DNA of 32,000 bases from Ktedonobacterales bacterium (GTDB lineage Bacteria > Chloroflexota > Ktedonobacteria > Ktedonobacterales > JADMIN01): NCBI GenBank assembly GCA_030167145.1, contig CP126532.1, positions 1,530,001 through 1,562,000 of the forward strand. The letters are read 5' to 3'. Shown here piece after piece: positions 24,589 to 31,684 of the stretch. Numbering within the stretch: position 1 is the first letter of the stretch; every line of letters begins with the position of its first letter. The translations under genes were made by a program, and so were the position numbers. A model generated the notes under the pieces. It was given only the letters and a program-made list of their open reading frames with translations, had not been told where the DNA came from and did not search any database.

Positions 24589-24819
24589 ATGCCCAACCAT
24601 CCCTCCAACTCGAACAACACAACCTCATCCGGTGGAGCGGACATTCCTGTCCGCCCACACACCGCGCACAGCACCAACGCCGCTTCCGTTACATGCCCTT
24701 TCTGCTCCTCCACCGACACCGAATTGCTCTCCCCCTTCGGCTCCCAGCTTGCCACCTCCCAATACTACTGCCGCGCCTGCCACACCCCCTTCGAATACAT
24801 GCGCCAGAACGACGAATAA
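24589..24819 (+). CDS. PaaD-like zinc-ribbon protein (equivalent to the C-terminal domain of PaaD)
   Basis: 76 aa. VTCPFCSSTDTELLSPFGSQLATSQYYCRACHTPFEYMRQ parallels E. coli PaaD VRCPRCASVHTTLISEFGSTACKALYRCDSCREPFDYFKC. GAGGA RBS 9 nt before ATG 24589. The N-terminal ~35 codons include a REP copy (24632-24656). Confidence 0.7.
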   Translation: MPNHPSNSNNTTSSGGADIPVRPHTAHSTNAASVTCPFCSSTDTELLSPFGSQLATSQYYCRACHTPFEYMRQNDE

Positions 24820-24869
24820 CGTTGGGCGGCGCTAACCACAAGTGGGAGCGCCGCCTGAGAACCCGCGCG

Positions 24870-25445
24870 CTAGCGTCCCGGTGGCGGCCCCGGCGGGCCA
24901 AGGATCACCAGGCCGTGTCTCTTCCCGATAGCCGCGAGTTGCTCTCGTGGCAGTTGTCGCCCGTCGGTCACGGGGCGTCCATTCGCATCGCCCTGCTGAT
25001 TGAGCGGCGGCGGCAAGACATGCTCGCTGACGGGCTGACCAACCTCGCGGAGAAATCCCTCGAACATCACCGGCTGCAAGCCAACTAGGGCGCGCGCTGG
25101 CTCCGATGACGCGCCGATGAACGTGTGGGGCACCCCTTTGGGACCAAACGCGAACGAGCCTGGCGTCAGCGCGAGCCGCGTATCGCCCACATAGAACGTG
25201 ACCTCACCGTCGAGAACATAGAACCATTCGTCCTCGTCGGGATGAACATGCCATGGCGAGCCAAGACCCATGGGGACGATGATCTCGATCATGCCGAATT
25301 GCCCGGCGGTGTCACTCCCGCCAACCTTGATCGTTTGGTGCATGCCGAGGAGCCAGAACATCTCGCCCTCGCCCTGAGCCAACTGGTAGCCGACTCTGGC
25401 TCGCTCCGCCAGCGTCATCGCGCTGGCCTGACCTTGCTGTGACAT
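24870..25445 (-). CDS. cupin domain protein
   Basis: 191 aa. GSPWHVHPDEDEWFYVLDGEVTFYVGD...PKGVPHTF = two-motif cupin signature. AAGGGAG RBS upstream. Confidence 0.75.
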   Translation of the reverse strand: MSQQGQASAMTLAERARVGYQLAQGEGEMFWLLGMHQTIKVGGSDTAGQFGMIEIIVPMGLGSPWHVHPDEDEWFYVLDGEVTFYVGDTRLALTPGSFAFGPKGVPHTFIGASSEPARALVGLQPVMFEGFLREVGQPVSEHVLPPPLNQQGDANGRPVTDGRQLPREQLAAIGKRHGLVILGPPGPPPGR

Positions 25446-25536
25446 CGTCTGTGTACTCCCTTTTGGCCTCGTGCCTGTTCACACGTGGTCTGAGGTGGCA
25501 GGCAGGCGCGTTTCGCCTGCCCACGACCGCCAACAG

Positions 25537-25983
25537 TTACGCATGCGTCGGCAGCGCAACCCCCAGTTGCGAGAGAATGCCCGGCAGCCCACCGCCCGCG
25601 ACTTCACTCACCACGTAGGTAGCGAGCTTGTCGCCACGCATTGTCACCGTGACGTTCTCTGTCGGCAGCGACACACGCTTCCCGGTCGGCGGAATCGGCG
25701 CGAGTCCCGCTATCGGCAGCGCGAGTTCGCGTGTCTGCGTCCCGGTGATCTGCACCTGCCCGGCAACGCGCCCGTTCTCATCATGGATGCCACGCGCGTT
25801 GAACGAGAAGTCCGGCATGGCCGCCGCAAGCGCCCGGTGGACTCCTAGCCAGGCATCCGCGCCAATCGGCTCCGGCACCGCGCCACCAAAGGTGAAATCG
25901 TCCGCCAGATAACTTCGTGCTCGCTCCCAATCGGTTGCTTCGATGGCCGCCAGAACCGTCTGCACTGTCTCGACCGCGTTCAT
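25537..25983 (-). CDS. SnoaL-like / NTF2-fold protein (ester or polyketide cyclase-like)
   Basis: 148 aa from ATG 25983 (GAGAGGA RBS). Composition and length fit SnoaL/ester-cyclase-like proteins (TVQTVLAAIEATDWERARSYLADDFTF...). Assignment by pattern only. Confidence 0.55.
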   Translation of the reverse strand: MNAVETVQTVLAAIEATDWERARSYLADDFTFGGAVPEPIGADAWLGVHRALAAAMPDFSFNARGIHDENGRVAGQVQITGTQTRELALPIAGLAPIPPTGKRVSLPTENVTVTMRGDKLATYVVSEVAGGGLPGILSQLGVALPTHA

Positions 25984-26211
25984 CTTCTGTTCCTCTCTCG
26001 GACCTCGTCCAGTGGTGTGCACCTCACGGTGAAGCGCCCTCTCACCACCTTCTGGACGCAGTGTAGCGGTCGGCGCTGGTAGCCATGCGGAGATCGGCGC
26101 TTGTACAAACGCTTGTATTTCGCGTATTTCGTGTGAACATGGGTGTGGGAACAGGCTGAGTATCCAGAACCATCCAAGGCTGCAAGCAACGCCCGCACGC
26201 TATCCCGCGCG

Positions 26212-29200
26212 CTATACGGAGTCGCCGCACCGCACACGGTTCGCCAGCGCAGCCGTCTCTGGCGCTGGTGTGGCCTCCAACTCACGGCGCAGCAGTTCCG
26301 TCAGTTGCTCATAGGTCCGCAGCGCCTGCCCACGCTCTCCCTGGCGTGTCAGGCAGCGCATCAGCTCGCGGTGCGCGCGCTCCTGGTAGGGATCAGCGGC
26401 AATCAGTTGCCGGTAGGTCTGTGCCGCGCGGGCATAGGCTTCCGCATCGAAGTGAAGCTGGCCCAGCGTCAGCAGCGCCTCCCGATAGCGCCCGCGCAAC
26501 TCTTCCCGTTTGCGTTCCAGCCATGCGCGCTCATGCTCGCCAGCCAGGAAGTCTCCCCGATAGAGCTTCAGCGCCTGCTCCACATGCCGTATCGCCTGCG
26601 CGGGGTCGTCGCGCTGGCAGCGTGTGGCGCGTTCAAGGCGCCGCTCAAATGCCTCCACATCAAAGGCGTAGTCCAGCGTGCGATTGAACCGGTAGCGTCC
26701 GCGCTCGTACACAATCCAGTCCGTCCCGCCCAGCGCATGGCGCAAATGGTGGAGCACCGGATGCAACTGCGCACGCAGTTGGTCCGTATCAGAATCCGGC
26801 CACAGCGCCAGGCCGATCTGCTCCTTGGTCGCGCTGTCACGGCAGAGCAGATAGAACAGCAATTCGCGCGCCCGGCTGTAGGTCCACTCAGCGGCGTCCA
26901 CCGGCTCATCACAGCGATAGACTCGTGCCTCGCCCAGTGCGATGATGCTCAGTTGTGGGCGTGCCGTCTTCACCAGCGCTGGTCGCTCTGCCTCTGGGGT
27001 TGCCAGAGCACCGCCGTCTCCATCCGCCCCAGCGGCCACGGGTGAGCCTGGCGCTGTGGCTGGCCCGCTATCGCGGGCGTCCCTCGGCGTGAGCAAGCGC
27101 CCAGACTCCCAAACCGTGTCCAGGGTCTGCTCGTCGAGCAGGTCGCGGATCCGCGCCAGCCATTGGTCGTAAAATGGTCGGTCAATAGCCGGTATCGGCA
27201 TGCCCGCACGCTCCCGCAGGGTAGCCGCCGCGCCCAGCCGCTTGGCTGCGGTGACGCCATCGCCGCGCGCGGCGGCTACTGCCGCTAGCCCTTCGAGCGC
27301 CTCAGCCATTCCTTCATCCTCGCCCAGCGCATCGCGGAGCGCGAAACTCTCCAGGTAATACGCCTCCGCGCGCGCGATATCGCCCTGCTCCTGAGCGGCG
27401 CGACCAAGGAAGCGCAACGTATGCGCCGTGCCACCGTGGTCGCCGATTTCGCGCCGGACCCGTAGGCTCTCCTCAAAACGCGCCGTCGCCTGCTCATACT
27501 GCTGGCTCACCAGCAACACAATGCCCAGGTTGGTCAACGCTCCGGCGGTTGCTGGCACATCACTGACCGCGCGCGCACTCAGGACACCTTCCGCACACAG
27601 CGCCCGCGCGCGCGGGATGTCGCCCAGGTGCAGCACGGTGAATCCCATGCTGCTCAAGCATAGGGCGATTGCATGTCCCCAAGCGACCTCCGAACAAATG
27701 GGCAGACTTTGCTCAAAATACGTCATCGCCTGCGGGTAGTCTCCGTGGAAGTGCGCCAGAATACCGGCATTGAGCAGGGTCATGGCCAGACCGCGACGGT
27801 CGTTCAGCGCCCGGTAGAGGGCAAGCGTCTCTTCGACCAGCGGAGCCGCCGATGCATACCCCTGGTGGTGCATCGAGAGAATCGCTAACGCTTGCAGTAC
27901 CTTCGCCCGCACTGGTGTCTTGTCAGATACATTGGCAAGGGCCAGCTCAAGCCAGCGCCGCCCTTCGGCCAGATGGCCCCGCACACGCCAGAAGCGCCAC
28001 AGCGACGCGACCATCATGCCGACATCCTCTGGATCGGCGTGTTCCAGCGACCACCCGATGGCCGCGCGCAGATTCTCGTGTTCACTTTCCAGCACGTCGA
28101 ACCACTGGTGCGATTCGTTCGCATCGAGGTCAACGCCAGCGCGCTGCGCCAACTGCCCATAATACTCCGCGTGCCGCGAGCAGGCGCTCGTGTCCTCCGC
28201 GCATGCCTCCAGCTTCTCGCGCGCGTACTGGCGGATGATCTCCAGCAGCCGGTAGCGGGTAGCTCCGGCGCGCTGCTGTGTCATGACCAGCGATTTATCA
28301 ACCATGCGTCCGAGTTCGTCGAGCGTGTCGCCTGGCTCTCCATGTCGTGCGGCGCACACGGCTTCCACCGCTTCGAGCGAAAAGCTGCCCACGAACACGG
28401 AGAGGCGCCGGAAGAGCGCTGCCTCCGGCGGGGAGAGCAGCCCATAGCTCCAGTCGAGCGTCGCCCGCAGTGTTTGGTGTCTGGGCGGGGCGGTTCGGCT
28501 CCCATCGCCGAGCACGCGGAAGGCATGGTCGAGCCGCGCGACGATCTGCTGGGCGCTCAACAGCCGCACCCGCGCGGCAGCCAATTCGAGGGCCAGTGGG
28601 ATGCCGTCGAGTTTGCGGCAAATGCGCAACACATCGTGGACGTTCTCCCCGCTCAGCGCGAACGATGGGGCGACGGCCCGCGCACGCGCAACGAAGAGGC
28701 TGATGGCGTCGGTCCGTGCAAGCTCCAGCGCCTCATACGTCCTTTGGTCGTCCGGCACAGAGAGCGGCGCGACGGGCACGACATCCTCGCCCGCGATCCC
28801 CAGCGGTTCCCGGCTCGTCGTCAGGAGGGTCAACTCCGGGCAACCGTCGAGCAGGAGTTGCGCGCACTGTGCGCAGGTGTCCAAGACATGTTCGCAGTTG
28901 TCGAGGATGAGCAACCTCTTGCCCCGCAACGCCAGCGCCTCCACCAGTGTCTCCAGGATCGAACGCCCTGGCTGCTCGACCACTCCCCACGCCGCCGCAA
29001 TCGCCTGCGGCGCCAGCGCGTCATCGTTGAGCGACGCCAACTCGACCCACCGCACGCCGCCGGGGAAGTTCCCCAGCGCTCTCGCGGCCACTTCTCGCGC
29101 CAGCCGTGTTTTGCCGCACCCCCCGACACCCGTCAGCGTGATCAGCCGCGCCGACTGGATGAGCAAACCCAAGGATTCCATCTCGTCCACCCGCCCGATG

Positions 29201-29259
29201 AAGCTGGTCAGGGGGTGTGGCAGGTTGTCGCGCGTGTCGGCGGTTGACGTAGCCGGCAT
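26212..29259 (-). CDS. STAND-type regulator: P-loop NB-ARC-like ATPase, TPR array and C-terminal SARP module (OmpR-type winged helix + BTAD)
   Basis: 1015 aa from ATG 29259 (GGAGGG RBS). Walker A LTGVGGCGKTRLA, Walker B LLILDNCEH. Multiple TPR-like repeats in the central third. C-terminus IIALGEARVYRCDEPV...ARELLFYLLC...IGLALWPD...LHHLRHAL (wHTH), then YRGDFLAGEHERAWLERKREELRGRY...AHRELMRCLTRQGERGQALRTYEQL (BTAD). Confidence 0.85.
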   Translation of the reverse strand: MPATSTADTRDNLPHPLTSFIGRVDEMESLGLLIQSARLITLTGVGGCGKTRLAREVAARALGNFPGGVRWVELASLNDDALAPQAIAAAWGVVEQPGRSILETLVEALALRGKRLLILDNCEHVLDTCAQCAQLLLDGCPELTLLTTSREPLGIAGEDVVPVAPLSVPDDQRTYEALELARTDAISLFVARARAVAPSFALSGENVHDVLRICRKLDGIPLALELAAARVRLLSAQQIVARLDHAFRVLGDGSRTAPPRHQTLRATLDWSYGLLSPPEAALFRRLSVFVGSFSLEAVEAVCAARHGEPGDTLDELGRMVDKSLVMTQQRAGATRYRLLEIIRQYAREKLEACAEDTSACSRHAEYYGQLAQRAGVDLDANESHQWFDVLESEHENLRAAIGWSLEHADPEDVGMMVASLWRFWRVRGHLAEGRRWLELALANVSDKTPVRAKVLQALAILSMHHQGYASAAPLVEETLALYRALNDRRGLAMTLLNAGILAHFHGDYPQAMTYFEQSLPICSEVAWGHAIALCLSSMGFTVLHLGDIPRARALCAEGVLSARAVSDVPATAGALTNLGIVLLVSQQYEQATARFEESLRVRREIGDHGGTAHTLRFLGRAAQEQGDIARAEAYYLESFALRDALGEDEGMAEALEGLAAVAAARGDGVTAAKRLGAAATLRERAGMPIPAIDRPFYDQWLARIRDLLDEQTLDTVWESGRLLTPRDARDSGPATAPGSPVAAGADGDGGALATPEAERPALVKTARPQLSIIALGEARVYRCDEPVDAAEWTYSRARELLFYLLCRDSATKEQIGLALWPDSDTDQLRAQLHPVLHHLRHALGGTDWIVYERGRYRFNRTLDYAFDVEAFERRLERATRCQRDDPAQAIRHVEQALKLYRGDFLAGEHERAWLERKREELRGRYREALLTLGQLHFDAEAYARAAQTYRQLIAADPYQERAHRELMRCLTRQGERGQALRTYEQLTELLRRELEATPAPETAALANRVRCGDSV

Positions 29260-29410
29260 ATGCCCTTCCCTCCGCGCTGGCGTCCTCACCGTAGACGCCG
29301 TGTGAGTGGACTCGTGATGCAATGCCAGCACAGTACCACATGGCGGGCTACGGTGCAGGCGTAGTGGCGGGTCGGATGGCGGGTGGTTCTCCTCCGTAAC
29401 TCGCTCTGAA

Positions 29411-29467
29411 TCATTGGCGTCTTCTCAAATCGGCGTCTTCTCACCAATCATCATTGGCGTCTTCTCA
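29411..29467 (+). repeat. three direct repeats of (A/T)T(T/C)GGCGTCTTCTCA in the divergent intergenic region
   Basis: TCATTGGCGTCTTCTCA at 29411 and 29451. ATCGGCGTCTTCTCA at 29429. The GGCGTCTTCTCA cores start at 29416, 29432 and 29456. Confidence 0.8.
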
Positions 29468-29525
29468 TCAACCCACCGCCCGCCACACTCGTACACCCTG
29501 GTAGTATCTAGGGCAAGGAGTGAAC

Positions 29526-30980
29526 ATGGCGGACGAACCTGACTACTATGCGCTGCTCGAAGTCGCGCCCGACGCCGACGCCGACGCCATACGCCTCGCC
29601 TTCCGGCGGCTCGCCCGCCGCTACCACCCCGACATCGCCGGCGCCAGCAACCTCGCCCGCATGCAAATGCTCAGCCGCGCCTACCACGTCCTCAGCGACC
29701 CCGACCAGCGCCACACCTACGACCTCCAGCGCTTCGGGCATTCCCCGTCCGCCGCCCGGTCTGCCGCTCCTCCATCGCCTCCACCCTCACCCGTAGGGGC
29801 GTCCGCCGCACGCCCGCGCACCACACCCGCGTCCGCCGCACGCCCGCGCACCACACCCGCATCCGCCGCACGCACGCGCCCAGCCGCCCCGCGCACCGGC
29901 GCCACCAGCGCCACATCTGGCCCCTTCACCCGCGCCGCCACGCTCGACACCGGCGAAACCAACCCCGTCGCCGCCCTCGCCCTGGCCCACAACGGATCGC
30001 TCGCTGGCGCTGGCCTCCTCGATGGCCGTGTCCAGATCTGGGATCTGCGCGCCTCACGCCTGCTCACCACCCTCGCCTTTGGCGGCAGCGCCGGGGCAGG
30101 CGTTCTGCAAGAGTTGCGCCTCTCACCCCAGGGTAGCTACGCCGCCGCCTGGGGTCTCAGCCTCGGCACACGCATCTGGAACGTCGCCACCGGCGCCCCC
30201 ATCTGGACCGCCGCCATCAACTCCCCCCGCGAGATGATGGACATCGCCCTGCTCGACTCCCCGCCCATCGCCCGGCTTGCCCTGCCCGATGCCCCCGTCG
30301 CCCTCGCCGAAGACGACCCCTTCCGCTGGGCCTACGAGGGCCGCCACAGCACCAGCCTCTTCACCCGCCCCCTTGTCGGGCCAGCCGGACCCGCCGCCGC
30401 CATTCCTTTGCGCTGCCACGAACCCAACGGCAAACCCCTCAGCGACCGCGACGACCGCTGGCGTATCCAGGTGCGCGCCCTCTCCGCTGATGGTCGCGCC
30501 CTCTTCACCGGCTCCTCCGCCCGCACCGAAAAGCTTGCCCCGCCCCGTGTGCTCCACACCTGGGATCTCGAACATCGCAACATCTTCGGCGCGCTCCAGC
30601 CCCAGCGCACCGCCCGCGTCGCCGCCCCGCTCGACGCCATCCAGTTCCCGCTCACCGTCACCCCCGACCTCGCCTACGTCGCCGCCAGCTTCCAGGGCGC
30701 GGAAGCGCGTGTCCACCGTCTCGCCGGTGGCGACCCATTCGTCATTCCCACCGGCCCCATCCCCGAAGATGCCCTCATCGCCCTCTCACCCGACGCCGCC
30801 TACCTCGCCCTTGCCCGCGATACCCACCTCGACCTCTGGCATGTCGCCAGCGGCCAGCATCTCCAGCGCTGGCAGTGCCCCGCCGAATGCACCGCGCTCA
30901 CCTTCGCCACCGCCGCCGCCACGCCTACCCTCGCCGTCGGCCTTCGCAACGGCCTCATCGAAATCTGGTCCGTCCGCTAA
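29526..30980 (+). CDS. J-domain (DnaJ-like) protein with Pro/Ala/Arg-rich linker and WD40-like beta-propeller
   Basis: DYYALLEVAPDADADAIRLAFRRLARRYHPD (HPD motif). Linker with ASAARPRTTP repeats. WD-like blades (GRVQIWDL, GTRIWNVATG, LHTWDLEH, HLDLWHVASG, GLIEIWSV). AAGGAG RBS 5 nt before ATG 29526. Confidence 0.8.
   Translation: MADEPDYYALLEVAPDADADAIRLAFRRLARRYHPDIAGASNLARMQMLSRAYHVLSDPDQRHTYDLQRFGHSPSAARSAAPPSPPPSPVGASAARPRTTPASAARPRTTPASAARTRPAAPRTGATSATSGPFTRAATLDTGETNPVAALALAHNGSLAGAGLLDGRVQIWDLRASRLLTTLAFGGSAGAGVLQELRLSPQGSYAAAWGLSLGTRIWNVATGAPIWTAAINSPREMMDIALLDSPPIARLALPDAPVALAEDDPFRWAYEGRHSTSLFTRPLVGPAGPAAAIPLRCHEPNGKPLSDRDDRWRIQVRALSADGRALFTGSSARTEKLAPPRVLHTWDLEHRNIFGALQPQRTARVAAPLDAIQFPLTVTPDLAYVAASFQGAEARVHRLAGGDPFVIPTGPIPEDALIALSPDAAYLALARDTHLDLWHVASGQHLQRWQCPAECTALTFATAAATPTLAVGLRNGLIEIWSVR
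29793..29880 (+). repeat. REP-like head followed by a 30-bp tandem repeat (about 2.7 units) inside the J-domain gene
   Basis: GTAGGGGCGTCCGCCGCACGCCC (29793-29815) resembles the intergenic REP at 24522. The unit GTCCGCCGCACGCCCGCGCACCACACCCGC repeats at 29801, 29831 and 29861 (degenerate). Confidence 0.8.
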
Positions 30981-30987
30981 CCCCGCC

Positions 30988-31080
30988 ACGTCTCCCCTCG
31001 CCCCGTGGGAGAAGGGCCGGGGGTGAGGTCTTTCTCTGTCTCCCCTCGCCTTGTAGGAGAGGGGCTGGGGGTGAGGTCCC
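30988..31080 (+). repeat. two tandem copies of the hairpin + CYGGGGGTGAGGTC tail repeat
   Basis: TCTCCC..GTGG..GGGAGAAGGGCCGGGGGTGAGGTC, and CCCCTC..GTAG..GAGGGGCTGGGGGTGAGGTCC, starting 10 nt after the J-domain/WD40 stop. Confidence 0.75.
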
Positions 31081-31215
31081 CCGCGTGATATACTACCCAT
31101 AGATCCGCCGCAAAGGAGCGCAGCGGATTCCCCATGGCGACGCCGGACGCGCGGAGTAGCGCGCCGAAGCCTGACCTGTATCCTGAATCACGGCATACAC
31201 GCCAGGAGGTTCCCC

Positions 31216-31416
31216 ATGCGCTGCGAAAACTGTGGACGCGACATTGACAACGCCGAACTGTGGCGAATCGCCGGCGACCCCAACGCTCCCACCTCGTGGA
31301 CCATGCGCCAGCTCTGCTGGGACTGCCGCCAGGCCCCCCAGCGCGCCGCCGAGCGCGAGCGCGAAGCCCGCCGCGCCGAGGCCAGCCAGCAAAGTGAAAC
31401 GGCGCGTGCCAGCTAA
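31216..31416 (+). CDS. small zinc-ribbon protein with Arg/Glu/Ala-rich tail, function unknown
   Basis: 66 aa. CENCG...(26 aa)...CWDC four-Cys arrangement. AGGAGG RBS 6 nt upstream of the ATG. Confidence 0.6.
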   Translation: MRCENCGRDIDNAELWRIAGDPNAPTSWTMRQLCWDCRQAPQRAAEREREARRAEASQQSETARAS

Positions 31417-31502
31417 TTCCGACATCCGTAGCGTCGTTGGTCTCTGCTCACCAGGCATCAGACCAGGGTGAGTTGCGGCTTATGCACTCTTGCTTTTTAC
31501 GA

Positions 31503-31581
31503 CGGACACCTGTCTGTCCCCAACCCGCGCAGGCCAGTTTCGCTGCCGCAGGCCATTGTAGGGGCGCACGGTGTGCGCCCC
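31503..31581. repeat. REPIN-like pair (degenerate reverse REP plus GTAG-headed REP)
   Basis: CGGACACCTGTCTGTCCCC (31503-31521, reverse-type). GTAGGGGCGCACGGTGTGCGCCCC (31558-31581; perfect 9-bp stem GGGGCGCAC/GTGCGCCCC). Confidence 0.7.
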
Positions 31582-31684
31582 ACGAGAGCAGCCAACAAAA
31601 GTTGCGGGCCAGGCGACCTTTGCCACCTGACCCGCACGCTATACGAGCGGCTTGATACGAGCGACGTGCGCCCGCTACATGCTC

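Noticed and set aside
26040-26211. AT-richer patch with short direct repeats (CGCTTGTA x2, GCGTATTTCG) as a promoter or operator for the SnoaL-like gene.
   Set aside because: I could not assemble a convincing -35/-10 pair on the minus strand, and the repeats are very short. It is left unannotated.
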